Source of the DNA: OCS155 cluster bacterium AG-422-J23 | Lineage (GTDB): Bacteria; Actinomycetota; Acidimicrobiia; Actinomarinales; Actinomarinaceae | Direction of reading: 5' to 3' | DNA length: 64,000 nucleotides | Assembly (NCBI GenBank): GCA_003213625.1 | Contig: QCMT01000002.1 | Coordinates: 22,152 to 86,151 of the forward strand | Shown here: piece after piece, positions 9,035 through 18,554 of the stretch | Layout of the letters: each line of letters opens with the position of its first letter | Position numbering within the stretch: the first letter of the stretch is position 1 | Position numbers and translations under genes: made by a program | Notes under the pieces: generated by a model | Databases searched by the model: none | Told to the model about the DNA's origin: nothing | Seen by the model: only the letters and a program-made list of their open reading frames with translations

Positions 9035-10405
9035 ATGAATAATGATTCAAAAGAACCATTAAAAGGTAAAGAATTAAGAGATTTAGCACGTTCAGAGCCT
9101 GGTCAAGCTTTGATATATTTAGAAAATAATAAAGACCTATGGGTTCAAATTGCTGAAACCGACCCATTTGACTCTGCTGATACTCTAGAAGAATTTGACC
9201 CATCAGAAGCAGGAAAATTAATTACCTCACTTCCTATTGAAACTTCAGTAAAAATATTTGAATCACTGAGACCAAGAGCAATTATTGAAATTGTAGAGAT
9301 ATTAAAAGATTCTTATGTTGAAGAGATATTTAAACAAATGGATACAGAAGATGTAGTTGATGTTTTTGAGAGATCTACTGAAGATGAAACCGAAGAAATT
9401 TTAGAAATTCTTGATAAGTCAACAAAACTCAACATAAACAAGAGACTAGCTTACCCTGAAAACTCGGTAGGTAGACAGATGTCTGAAGAGGTTGCAAAAA
9501 TATCAACTGGTTTAAAAGTTAAAGATGCACTAAAAGAGTTAAAAGCTCTTCACGATAATGTTGAAGATCTGATTTACGTATATTCCGTTGATAATGAAGG
9601 GAAATTAACCGGGGTTATTTCATTCAGGGAAATAGTATTTGCAGATGAAAATAAATTAATTAAAAATGTAATGATTCAAAATCCAATTTCTGTAAATCCG
9701 TCCTCAGATCAAGAGGAGGCAGCAATTTTAATTAAACAATATGAACTGTTAGCTCTTCCAGTAGTAGATAAAAGTAACAAACTTATCGGTCAAACCACTG
9801 TCAATACGGCGCTAGATGTTATTCAAACTGAAATTGCAGAAGATTTCTCACAATCGTTTGGTGCTGGAGCAGAAGAAACTATATTCACACCCATACAAAA
9901 GTCTATACGTTTAAGGCTCCCATGGATTGCAATAAATATGGGTTTGGCTTTTATAGTGTCTTTACTAATATCTCAATTCGAAGAGACTATTGCTAGCGAC
10001 ATTCTGCTAGCTGCCCTAATGCCAGTAGTTGCTTTAGTTGGTGGAAATTCAGGTGCTCAATCTCTAGCTATAGTAATTAGGGCTCTTGCTAGAAATGATG
10101 TTTCGGATGCTAGGGTTTTTGAGGTAATCGGAAAACAAACTTTCATAGGAATAATAAATGGTATTTTTGTAGGTGTTTTATCTTTTTTAATACTAAGTTT
10201 CATTGGTTTGAATGATTATTCTTTAGCACTTAGTATTGCAGTTTTTGGAAACATATTTATTGGTAATTTATTTGGTTCATCAATACCTTTAATGCTTAAA
10301 AAGATAGGTTTTGATCCCGCATTAGCATCAAACATATTTCTTACATTAATTACAGACATTGCAGGATTTGCTGGTTTTCTAGGAATAGCTCTTTTACTGT
10401 TATAA
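9035..10405 (+). CDS. mgtE: magnesium transporter MgtE
   Basis: N-domain, tandem CBS region and a C-terminal 5-TM domain with GGNSGAQS and DIAGF motifs. Confidence 0.9.
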   Translation: MNNDSKEPLKGKELRDLARSEPGQALIYLENNKDLWVQIAETDPFDSADTLEEFDPSEAGKLITSLPIETSVKIFESLRPRAIIEIVEILKDSYVEEIFKQMDTEDVVDVFERSTEDETEEILEILDKSTKLNINKRLAYPENSVGRQMSEEVAKISTGLKVKDALKELKALHDNVEDLIYVYSVDNEGKLTGVISFREIVFADENKLIKNVMIQNPISVNPSSDQEEAAILIKQYELLALPVVDKSNKLIGQTTVNTALDVIQTEIAEDFSQSFGAGAEETIFTPIQKSIRLRLPWIAINMGLAFIVSLLISQFEETIASDILLAALMPVVALVGGNSGAQSLAIVIRALARNDVSDARVFEVIGKQTFIGIINGIFVGVLSFLILSFIGLNDYSLALSIAVFGNIFIGNLFGSSIPLMLKKIGFDPALASNIFLTLITDIAGFAGFLGIALLLL

Positions 10406-10430
10406 ATACTGTTATAAATACTGTTATAAA
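10395..10430. repeat. 3 x 12-bp perfect tandem repeat (tactgttataaa)
   Basis: The first unit holds the last codons and TAA stop of mgtE. Units 2-3 fill the gap to the convergent ndh stop. Confidence 0.9.
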
Positions 10431-10431
10431 G

Positions 10432-11673
10432 TTAAGTAGGTTCTCTATAAATTAATCTTGTTCCTTTTTTATTAAAGAGGTAAGAGAATATCCATTCGAT
10501 AACTACTAATATTTTTGATCTATATCCAATTAAATAAAGTATGTGTATTGCACTCCAAAACAACCAAGCGATAAATCCAGATATTTCTATATTTCCAATC
10601 TTGCCAATTGCTTTGTATTTCCCAACTGTTGCCATCATTCCTTTGTCATAATATTTGAATGGTTTTCTATCTTGTTTTAGAGTTTTATTCTTAATAATTT
10701 TTGCTAAATATTTACCTTGTTGAATAGCAACAGGAGCTATACCAGGGAGTGTAGAGTTGTTCTTATTCTTGTAATTTGCGGCATCCCCGATAACGAATAC
10801 ATTTCCATCTTCTTTAATAGAACAGTCAGGATCAACTATCGCTCTTCCTTCAGAGTCAGTTTTTGTATTTAGTTTTTTAATTATTGAGCTTGCTTCATTT
10901 CCAGCAGCCCAAATCACATTGTCTGTTTCTATGCTTTCTTTATCAGTAACTACTAAATCATTTTCTATTTTTATCACTTTTTCGTTTGTTCTAACCTGAA
11001 CCCCAAAATCGATTAAATATTTTTCTGCTTTGCCAGAAAGCCTATCACTATACATTGGTAATATTTTTTCTGTTGCTTCGATAAGATATACGTTTGCATC
11101 TGAGCTTTTGAAGTTTCTAAATTCCTCTTTCATATTTTTATAAGCTATTTCTGCAATTGACCCAGCCATTTCAACTCCTGTAGGACCTCCTCCTACAACA
11201 ACAAAATTTAAATATTTATTTCTCTTCTCAATATTTTTTTCGTTCTCAGCTTTTTCAAAAGCTCTTAATAAACGTTCTCTAATCTGCAGTGCATCATTTA
11301 TGCCTTTAAGACCATTTGAATACTCTGACCAATCATCATTGCCAAAATATGAATGTCTAGAGCCCGTGCTTACAACTAATTGGTCATATTTTATTTTTTC
11401 ACCACTGGAAATTGTTACAGTTTTATCTTCTCTATTAATGTCAGTTGCCTCGTCTAAAATAACTTTTACATTTTTAAAATTTTTAAACATTCTTCTTATT
11501 GGAAAAGCGATGTTTGCAGGCGACAAAACTGCTGTTGCAACTTGATAGAGTAAAGGTTGAAATAAATGATGGTTTTGTTTATCAATAAGCGTAAATTGAA
11601 TCTTGCTGCTTCTAGCCCGTTGTAGGAATTTAAGACCCCCAAAGCCACCACCTATTACGACTACATTTAACAT
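10432..11673 (-). CDS. ndh: type II NADH dehydrogenase (NDH-2)
   Basis: VVIGGGFGG and VVGGGPTGVE dinucleotide-binding motifs; GDAA motif; C-terminal membrane-anchor helices. Confidence 0.85.
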   Translation of the reverse strand: MLNVVVIGGGFGGLKFLQRARSSKIQFTLIDKQNHHLFQPLLYQVATAVLSPANIAFPIRRMFKNFKNVKVILDEATDINREDKTVTISSGEKIKYDQLVVSTGSRHSYFGNDDWSEYSNGLKGINDALQIRERLLRAFEKAENEKNIEKRNKYLNFVVVGGGPTGVEMAGSIAEIAYKNMKEEFRNFKSSDANVYLIEATEKILPMYSDRLSGKAEKYLIDFGVQVRTNEKVIKIENDLVVTDKESIETDNVIWAAGNEASSIIKKLNTKTDSEGRAIVDPDCSIKEDGNVFVIGDAANYKNKNNSTLPGIAPVAIQQGKYLAKIIKNKTLKQDRKPFKYYDKGMMATVGKYKAIGKIGNIEISGFIAWLFWSAIHILYLIGYRSKILVVIEWIFSYLFNKKGTRLIYREPT

Positions 11674-11703
11674 ATAATTAAATTATAAAACTTTGGTGAA
11701 TAA

Positions 11704-12204
11704 TTAATGTTCCCTTGATCTTGATGCTTTTGTCATGGTTTTCTCAAGTATCCCGTTTTTAAATTCAAAAGACTCGACGCCCTCAACAAGATGTTTTCCC
11801 TGTTGTGATTTTTGAGATATTACTTGCACCTTCATGCCTTCAAATGGTGAAATCAGCGTTATCGAATGTTGCCTAAAGTTTTTTGAAGATTGGTCTCTTC
11901 GTATTACATCACTAATCATGTGTGGTGACTCCCATGACCATTCCTCGTCAATGACAATAAATTTACAAATATGTCTTGTTTTTGTTTTATCAATTCTTGC
12001 TCCAGGGCAAATAATTAAGGAATTCTCAATCCAAGGGTTTAGTCCTAGGCCATCTACTTTTGGAAAACCTACATTAAAAGAATTATCAATTATTTCCTCT
12101 AAATCTCCTTTTTCAAGATTTCTTTGTTTTACAATTTCTGATATTTTATTCTGTAAATCAAAGAGTTCTGAGTCATTAAGGTTTTCTAGTTCACCAAAAT
12201 TCAT
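11704..12204 (-). CDS. hypothetical protein
   Basis: 166-aa ORF; no family recognised. Confidence 0.55.
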   Translation of the reverse strand: MNFGELENLNDSELFDLQNKISEIVKQRNLEKGDLEEIIDNSFNVGFPKVDGLGLNPWIENSLIICPGARIDKTKTRHICKFIVIDEEWSWESPHMISDVIRRDQSSKNFRQHSITLISPFEGMKVQVISQKSQQGKHLVEGVESFEFKNGILEKTMTKASRSREH

Positions 12205-12241
12205 AATCTAATATAAGTATTTTGTTGTGACAAAAAAATGA

Positions 12242-12385
12242 TTATTCTTCTTCTTTGCCTGAAACATGTTTTTGTTGAAATTTAGCTAAATCTATCCTAA
12301 TTATTCCAACTACAAAGACAGTAAGGGTTACAACTGGAAATATTAATACCAATGAAAGCGGATTTTGACTTAATGTTTCTATCAT
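12242..12385 (-). CDS. small membrane protein (47 aa), hypothetical
   Basis: Manual: MIETLSQNPLSLVLIFPVVTLTVFVVGIIRIDLAKFQQKHVSGKEEE; one TM helix with a charged tail; below the ORF-track size cutoff. Confidence 0.4.
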   Translation of the reverse strand: MIETLSQNPLSLVLIFPVVTLTVFVVGIIRIDLAKFQQKHVSGKEEE

Positions 12386-12443
12386 TTACTAATTAATACT
12401 AATAATTGTGGTAAATTATAATATTAATTGAAAGGACCTTTTA

Positions 12444-12602
12444 ATGATAAAACTTGGACTTTATGCAAGCATAGTTTCCGTGATCGCATCGGTATTAATC
12501 TATGTTGTGCTTGATGATTCACAGCTAGCAATCTATGTTGGACTATGGGCACCTACCTTAATTCTTTATAGTCAGGCATACGAAAAAGCAAATAGAGAGT
12601 AA
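12444..12602 (+). CDS. small membrane protein (52 aa), hypothetical
   Basis: Manual: MIKLGLYASIVSVIASVLIYVVLDDSQLAIYVGLWAPTLILYSQAYEKANRE; aaagga SD about 8 nt upstream. Confidence 0.45.
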   Translation: MIKLGLYASIVSVIASVLIYVVLDDSQLAIYVGLWAPTLILYSQAYEKANRE

Positions 12603-12642
12603 TTAATTACTTAAAACTTTTTTTTATCACTACCATTCAACT

Positions 12643-12750
12643 GTGAGTAAATTAGAAAAACGTACATTTTGGGCATTCATGGGAGTTGCTTTTGTTTTTC
12701 ACTTCTATTTAGTTCTAAATTCAATGGGCTTAGTCACGATCTCATTGTGA
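12643..12750 (+). CDS. micro-protein paralog 1 (35 aa, hydrophobic)
   Basis: GTG start; VSKLEKRTFWAFMGVAFVFHFYLVLNSMGLVTISL; its stop overlaps the next start (GTGA). Confidence 0.45.
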   Translation: MSKLEKRTFWAFMGVAFVFHFYLVLNSMGLVTISL

Positions 12751-12842
12751 GTAAATTAGAAAAAAGACTTTTTTGGTCATTTCTCTTTGTAACTTTCTTA
12801 CTGCATTTGTACTTAGTTGTGACGCTTGTTTTTAGTGGATAA
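12747..12842 (+). CDS. micro-protein paralog 2 (31 aa, hydrophobic)
   Basis: GTG start; VSKLEKRLFWSFLFVTFLLHLYLVVTLVFSG. The peptide pattern is conserved with paralog 1 although the DNA has diverged. Overlaps the next gene start. Confidence 0.45.
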   Translation: MSKLEKRLFWSFLFVTFLLHLYLVVTLVFSG

Positions 12843-13302
12843 GAAGTTTCAAAAATTATTTTTAATTATCTTTTTTTTATTCAATTGTACTTCTACAAAT
12901 GCTGATAATGATCTTGTAGTTGAACAAAAAGATTCTGAGGATGTTCTTATTGAGATAATGGAAAGCTATAGAAATTTCTCATTGGACCCAGATAAAGCTG
13001 TTGAAATAATCTGGAATAATGCTCACAAAGACAATAAAGAGGTTACCGGGCCAATTGGAAGATTTAAATCAATGCTTATTTCTGCTCCATACAACGCAAT
13101 AGTTGATTTAACTGATTACTCATATGAAGTAATTCAAGAAGATGGCGAGATGGTTCATTATGAAATAAAAATTTTAAATAATAAAAATGAGTATTTTGTT
13201 GTTACTTGGGTGTTTACTTATGATGAATGCGAAATTAGTGAAGGCCTGTGTTGGCAGACAATAGGAGTAAGCCCACCTATGTATTTTGATTCAGGAATTT
13301 AA
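12835..13302 (+). CDS. putative lipoprotein, unknown function
   Basis: The ORF track starts at 12826. GTG at 12835 gives VDKKFQKLFLIIFFLFNCTS (signal peptide plus lipobox LFNC). Confidence 0.6.
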   Translation: MDKKFQKLFLIIFFLFNCTSTNADNDLVVEQKDSEDVLIEIMESYRNFSLDPDKAVEIIWNNAHKDNKEVTGPIGRFKSMLISAPYNAIVDLTDYSYEVIQEDGEMVHYEIKILNNKNEYFVVTWVFTYDECEISEGLCWQTIGVSPPMYFDSGI

Positions 13303-13928
13303 TCATCACCTATCGAATCAAGAGGATTTTCTGGTTGGCAAATTTCAAATGCTTCTTGAACCTCGTCTGAAGTCCATTCAATATCTGCATCTCTAAAAGC
13401 AAAAAATCCAAATTCACCTGGTGTTGGGTCAGGAAAGTTGCTGATACCTTCATCTCTCATACATTTTGAAAATTCTAATGAAGCATCAACCAAAGCTGCC
13501 TCAACTTCTGGATCAAGATCAAATTGATCAGGAAGGGCGTTTCTCAAAATATCTTCACAGTTTGTAAATGCTTCTTCAAATTCTTCTTCGTTTTCAATAT
13601 CTAAATTATCAAATTCTGGATTGCCGTCTATATCAAATGAAGGGTCTGGAAAGTCAATGCCTTCTTCTCTCATACATTGAGCAAAATTCAGAACCCCTTC
13701 TTCAAAAGTCACTTGCTCAATAATTGTTGTAGAGGATACACTTTCTTCGAGTGAGACTACACCCTTAGTTTCTTCTTCACCAATAGTGCAGGCGGAAACC
13801 AACAAAGCAAGAAAGATTACTTTCTTACTGCTTCTGCTGGTTGGATTTTTGATGCTTTTATAGCTGGATATACACCTGAAATTGCTCCAATTAATAAGGC
13901 TAAAAAGACTGCTCCTAAAATCTGCCAT
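13299..13928 (-). CDS. double-Cys-motif lipoprotein, paralog D (start uncertain)
   Basis: Lipobox LLVSAC. Two modules: AQCMREEGIDFPDP...C and SKCMRDEGISNFPDP...C. The maximal ORF overlaps the permease by 112 nt. The real start is probably near 13850, but no canonical start codon is seen there. Confidence 0.7.
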   Translation of the reverse strand: MADFRSSLFSLINWSNFRCISSYKSIKNPTSRSSKKVIFLALLVSACTIGEEETKGVVSLEESVSSTTIIEQVTFEEGVLNFAQCMREEGIDFPDPSFDIDGNPEFDNLDIENEEEFEEAFTNCEDILRNALPDQFDLDPEVEAALVDASLEFSKCMRDEGISNFPDPTPGEFGFFAFRDADIEWTSDEVQEAFEICQPENPLDSIGDD

Positions 13929-15001
13929 ATAGGTATTGAGAATACAATATCTGTGTAGTTAGTGTAAGCCAAAGTAATGAAGGTTCCTAGGCCAACACCA
14001 ACAAGGCCTCCTATTCCTGATAAAACTATACTTTCTAATAAAAATTGATACCTTATTTCTCTACGGGTTGCACCAATTGATCTTCTCACACCTATTTCCA
14101 TTCTTCTTTCAAGAACAGACATAACCATTACGTTTGCTATTGCAACACCTCCAACAAGAAGAGCTACAGAACCTAGCCCCAGTAATAAATTAGTAAATGC
14201 TTCTTCAGCTGCTTGTTGCGCTTCAAGTGCGTCTGAGGGTCTAGTAACTTCTACTTGATCAGGATTTTCAGGGTTCATTGATGGAGCTAATACCTCAACA
14301 ACATCCTCAATAAAAGTAGGATTTGCTCTTAAATAAATTGTTGTTGGTTCCTCGTCAATATCAAAAAGAGTTTTTGCAACTCCATAACCTATAAATACTG
14401 ATCTATCTAGGTCTGGATGTATTTTAAGCTCTTCTAACACCCCTATTACCCCAAACCATTCATTATCAATGAGAATTTTTGTAGGTGTCGAGAGATTTGT
14501 AATTCCAAGTCTCTCAGCAGTAACACTTCCTAACACGGTTACGGGTATATTAGACAAACCAGGTGTAATGAACCTGCCTTCAACAAGATTACCTCCAATT
14601 ACATCCAAAAGTTCTGCGCTTGTAATTATTGTTGAAATTCCCCCACCTTCAAATTCTGATATAAAGTTACTTCTACGAACTAGTAAATCGGTCTGGGTTG
14701 TAGAGGTTACTTCTTCAACTGGTCCAATTCTTTCAACCATTCCGAGGACTCCTTTTGGTAAATCTTCTTGAGTTCCAAAAAATCCTGCTTGAGGAGAAGC
14801 TTTTACCAGATTTGTTCCAAGTGACTCAAGAGTTGATAGTAAATCAGCCCTTCCAGATGCTGATATTCCAGAAACTGCAACTATTGCAGCTATTCCAATT
14901 CCAATTCCAATAGAAGTAAGAGTAGCTCTGCCTTTTCTTGCGCGAACTCCATAAAGTGCAACAAAAAATAAATCTCTAGTTCTTAGTTTTTTTCTTTTCA
15001 T
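13817..15001 (-). CDS. ABC transporter permease, FtsX/MacB type
   Basis: 394 aa: N-terminal TM, large extracytoplasmic domain, C-terminal 3-TM FtsX-like domain. Confidence 0.85.
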   Translation of the reverse strand: MKRKKLRTRDLFFVALYGVRARKGRATLTSIGIGIGIAAIVAVSGISASGRADLLSTLESLGTNLVKASPQAGFFGTQEDLPKGVLGMVERIGPVEEVTSTTQTDLLVRRSNFISEFEGGGISTIITSAELLDVIGGNLVEGRFITPGLSNIPVTVLGSVTAERLGITNLSTPTKILIDNEWFGVIGVLEELKIHPDLDRSVFIGYGVAKTLFDIDEEPTTIYLRANPTFIEDVVEVLAPSMNPENPDQVEVTRPSDALEAQQAAEEAFTNLLLGLGSVALLVGGVAIANVMVMSVLERRMEIGVRRSIGATRREIRYQFLLESIVLSGIGGLVGVGLGTFITLAYTNYTDIVFSIPIWQILGAVFLALLIGAISGVYPAIKASKIQPAEAVRK

Positions 15002-15680
15002 TTTTCACAATTTTTCCATCAATCAATTCAATTACTTTTTTAAACATATTTGCATGTTCTTGATTGTGAGTAATCATAATTACAGTTTTTCCTTGGTCAT
15101 TAAGTTCTTTTAAGATATTTAAAATATTTATTCCTGATTCTTTATCCAAATTTCCAGTTGGCTCATCTGCTAAAACAAATGCTGGGTCTTGTACTAGCGC
15201 TCTAGCAATTGCAACTCTTTGTTGCTGACCACCGGAAAGTTCTTTGGGAAGGTGACTTAACCTATCACCTAGCCCTACTTGTTCTAAAACGTCTCCGGCT
15301 TTTTCTAACCTTTCTGACCTTGAAATCCCTTGATATAGTAACCCCTCCGCAACATTCTCTTGTGCGGTCAATCCAGGCAGAAGAAAAAAGCTTTGAAAAA
15401 TGAATCCTATTTTTTCACCTCTAAATTTTGAGAGTTCATTATCTGTTAAGTCAGATATATCTTTGCCTTCTATTTCAATTGAACCGTCTGTAACACTATC
15501 CAGTAAACCAATCATATTTAATAAAGTTGATTTACCACTTCCAGATTGTCCAACAATTGCAACTAAATCTCCTTCTTTAACATTTAAAGAAACTCCATCT
15601 AGTGCTTTTACAGGGGGTGGTCCTTCATAAACTTTTGAAATATCATTGATTGAAATTACAGTTTTTGTATCGGTTTTCAT
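14976..15680 (-). CDS. ABC transporter ATP-binding protein (MacB/LolD-like)
   Basis: Walker A GQSGSGKST, signature LSGGQQQR, Walker B FVLADEPTGNLD. Confidence 0.9.
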   Translation of the reverse strand: MKTDTKTVISINDISKVYEGPPPVKALDGVSLNVKEGDLVAIVGQSGSGKSTLLNMIGLLDSVTDGSIEIEGKDISDLTDNELSKFRGEKIGFIFQSFFLLPGLTAQENVAEGLLYQGISRSERLEKAGDVLEQVGLGDRLSHLPKELSGGQQQRVAIARALVQDPAFVLADEPTGNLDKESGINILNILKELNDQGKTVIMITHNQEHANMFKKVIELIDGKIVKNEKKKTKN

Positions 15681-17263
15681 CGTGGTACGACTACAAGTTG
15701 ACCTTTAGTAATATTTCCCTTGATTTCTACAAACCCATCAGTAAAGACTCCGATTTCAACAGCTACATAGATAGTGTCAACTCCTGACTCACCCTCAAAA
15801 ACTCCTCCTTCAGCTTCACCTTCATAAATTTCTAAGGCATAACCTCCCTCAGCTAAAGCAATTAGTGCATTTACTGGTACATAAAGCACATTCTCGGATA
15901 TTTCAGTTGTAACAAATACTTTTACAGGTGCTTGATCATAAGCTTCAATTTCTTCTGGATTTAGTACTTCAAGAATCACCTCAATAAAATCTCCAGTTTG
16001 AGTTTGAGTAACAACTTGGTCTATAAAGGTAATCACCGTTGGTACTCTTTCATCTGTAGGAAGTTCTATCTCAACACTATCTCCAATTGAAACTGTCTCT
16101 TGATCTGATGCGTCAACTTGGAAAACAACCTCAATTCCAACTGAAGAAATATTATAAAGTTGTGAGTTTAGAACTACAGCAGATCCAACCTTGTTTATAT
16201 AAGAACCAACAATTATTGCTGTTTCTGATGCATAGGCGTTTGTTGGACTAAATGTTTCTGACTTTGAAGCTAATCTAAGTTCTTCTAGTTCTTCTTTTGC
16301 TTTTGCTAATTCAGCCTCCTGATCAACTCCTTCGTTGTAATCTTTTAAAACATCATCATAAGCTTTTTGGGCTGTCTCAATTGCAAGTGCCTCTGTTGCG
16401 TCTATGCCTGACTCTTTTCCTTTTTCTAGTGCTTTAATTCTTTTTTGTTCTTCTATTGTTTGTTCTAAGTCTTCAATTGCAGAATCTAAAGTTCCATCAG
16501 CTTTTTTCTCTTTTGTTTTTGGGTTTGTTTCATCTCTATAAAGTGTCAAAGTCTCTTCAGCGTCTTTAATTGCTGTATCTGCAGCTTTCCAAGCTGCGCT
16601 CTCTTCTGTAGCATCTTCTTTTGCATCGTCTAGTTTCTTTTTTTTATCATTTACTTCAGCAACTGTTGTCCCACCTGAGTCAATGGTTTCTTCAATATTC
16701 TTCACTTCTGTTTCTTTCAAATTGATAGCAACCTGCTCAGATGGAGTAACTTCAGATTTTGTTTCTATTTTGTAGTCAAGATAAAGCTTGTTAAGCATCT
16801 GTGAAGTAATTTCATCAAAAGTGTCATCTGGAGCAAATCCATCAGCTGCATATCCTAAATAAACTAGAGCTTTTTCAAGCTGTAATACGTCTGGTCCTGG
16901 ATCAGAGTTAAGATCTAATGTTCTATAAAAAGGAACTGATCCTTCAACAAGGATGACTGGTTTGTTATCAACAGCAAAGAGTATCTCTCCAAATTTTACA
17001 ATAGTTCCTTCATCTGGAATAAAAGTTACAACACCAGCCATAGGACTATTAAGTATTTTGCTGTCAGTTTGTCTTAATGTCCCGTTATATTCTTCTTTCT
17101 TTTCAAGATCACCTTGCTTTACAGATGTAGTTGTCAGCTGTAGTGTTTTGTTTATGGATGAAGATTCAGTATTTTGGGTTCCAAAATAATAGGCTACAGA
17201 ACCAACAAGAATTAAAACTACCAAGACATAAAAATTTCTGTTTTTAAATATATTTAACTTCAT
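15677..17263 (-). CDS. HlyD-family periplasmic adaptor with peptidoglycan-binding-like domain
   Basis: N-terminal TM; PDVLQLEKALVYLGY...FDEITSQML resembles PG_binding_1; long charged coiled-coil hairpin; C-terminal beta-barrel-like region. Confidence 0.75.
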   Translation of the reverse strand: MKLNIFKNRNFYVLVVLILVGSVAYYFGTQNTESSSINKTLQLTTTSVKQGDLEKKEEYNGTLRQTDSKILNSPMAGVVTFIPDEGTIVKFGEILFAVDNKPVILVEGSVPFYRTLDLNSDPGPDVLQLEKALVYLGYAADGFAPDDTFDEITSQMLNKLYLDYKIETKSEVTPSEQVAINLKETEVKNIEETIDSGGTTVAEVNDKKKKLDDAKEDATEESAAWKAADTAIKDAEETLTLYRDETNPKTKEKKADGTLDSAIEDLEQTIEEQKRIKALEKGKESGIDATEALAIETAQKAYDDVLKDYNEGVDQEAELAKAKEELEELRLASKSETFSPTNAYASETAIIVGSYINKVGSAVVLNSQLYNISSVGIEVVFQVDASDQETVSIGDSVEIELPTDERVPTVITFIDQVVTQTQTGDFIEVILEVLNPEEIEAYDQAPVKVFVTTEISENVLYVPVNALIALAEGGYALEIYEGEAEGGVFEGESGVDTIYVAVEIGVFTDGFVEIKGNITKGQLVVVPR

Positions 17264-17333
17264 ATGTGTATTTTTCTACTTAAAACATTGTATTGTATTT
17301 AACGGTATTAAGACAAAGTTTTTATTGTAAGTT

Positions 17334-17930
17334 TTAATCATCCCACTCTTCCTTCAGTTCTTCAGGTAACTTTTCCTCACAACCTTGCCAGGTTTGAACT
17401 AAAGGATCATCTTCTCTAAGTTCCCAATTTTCGTCTATATATGCATCAAGATTTACATCTCTATTGAAGTAATTAGGGTCTGGTACTTTTTCATATCCTT
17501 CTTCTCTGAAACAATTTGCTATAAATAAAGCTCTATCTAGTTCTTTTGAAGTTTGGATTGGGTCTTCAAATTGTGCCTCATCAGCAACTCCCCATAAGTT
17601 GTATTTGAGTGCACAATCTTCAATAGACTTCCAGAGTTCTTCTGCTTCTTGTTCGGTAAGTGTCTCGAAATAAGTTGAAATTGTTGTATATAGATCTATA
17701 AAGTTTTTTGGTTCTTGAAATTTATAACCTGCTTCGTTTACGCATTGAACTAAAACAAGAGGAGCATCTTCATCTGCTATTTCCTCCTTCTCTTCGTTAA
17801 TTTCTACACCTGCTGCAATAGCCTCTTTTCCTTTGTCTGTATCGACAACAGATACCACGGCTTGTTCTTCATTTTGAAATAGCGAGCAAAAAGAAAAAAA
17901 TAATATGAATAATGCTACTTTTTTTCTCAC
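17334..17930 (-). CDS. double-Cys-motif lipoprotein, paralog A
   Basis: Lipobox FSFC; modules VQCVNEAGYKFQEP...C and ANCFREEGYEKVPDP...C. Confidence 0.8.
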   Translation of the reverse strand: MRKKVALFILFFSFCSLFQNEEQAVVSVVDTDKGKEAIAAGVEINEEKEEIADEDAPLVLVQCVNEAGYKFQEPKNFIDLYTTISTYFETLTEQEAEELWKSIEDCALKYNLWGVADEAQFEDPIQTSKELDRALFIANCFREEGYEKVPDPNYFNRDVNLDAYIDENWELREDDPLVQTWQGCEEKLPEELKEEWDD

Positions 17931-17954
17931 ATCAGAATTATAAAGTATTTTTTA

Positions 17955-18554
17955 TTACCCGCCAGGAGGAGGGTCAAGCCCTAGATCGTCAAAGCACTCA
18001 GCAGCAGCCTCTCGAATTTGATCTGCTGTATATTTTTGTGACTGTACAAGATCAATAAGTATTGGCCTTAGGGGTTCCTCAGATGATGGATCAGAAACAT
18101 CTATTCCTTTACCTCTTAGACACTGCGCAAACTCAAGTTCAGTATCAAGTCTATCAGCAACATCAGCAGGATTTTCAAAATCATTGTTGCTTTCAAGTGG
18201 AATAGAGTTCTCCTCCGCACACAATTGTATATTGTCAAACAACTCCTGCCTCTGTTTTTCATTGAAACTAATAAATATTGGTGTTAAAACTGTTCTTAAG
18301 CCCTCATCATTTTTTGGATCAGCTACGTCATAACCTTTTTCCCTTAAACATCCTGCAAGTATTAGCTGTGCTTCCTCTTCTGTTAGATCTTCAATTTCAG
18401 GGCTGTCCTGGACAGTTGTTACTGTTGTAATAGTTGTTTGTATTGTTAAGTCCTCTGAAGAAACGACTCCTTTTTGCTCATTCGAAGCTGAACAAGCCTG
18501 TGTTAATAAACAAATTAATAGTATAAGGAACTTATTTTTTGTTTGTTTTTTCAT
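17955..18554 (-). CDS. double-Cys-motif lipoprotein, paralog B
   Basis: Start moved to MKKQTKNKFLILLICLLTQAC; modules AGCLREKGYDVADP...C and AQCLRGKGIDVSDP...C. Confidence 0.8.
   Translation of the reverse strand: MKKQTKNKFLILLICLLTQACSASNEQKGVVSSEDLTIQTTITTVTTVQDSPEIEDLTEEEAQLILAGCLREKGYDVADPKNDEGLRTVLTPIFISFNEKQRQELFDNIQLCAEENSIPLESNNDFENPADVADRLDTELEFAQCLRGKGIDVSDPSSEEPLRPILIDLVQSQKYTADQIREAAAECFDDLGLDPPPGG

Noticed and set aside
10395-10430. Short tandem repeats (here and at 56815-56934) as CRISPR arrays
   Set aside because: The units are contiguous with no unique spacers, there are no cas genes, and one set is coding.
13851-13928. N-terminal 112-nt extension of the lipoprotein D ORF overlapping the FtsX permease
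   Set aside because: The signal peptide and lipobox begin only after the permease stop, so the extension is probably not translated. No canonical start codon is visible near 13850, so the maximal ORF is reported with that caveat.
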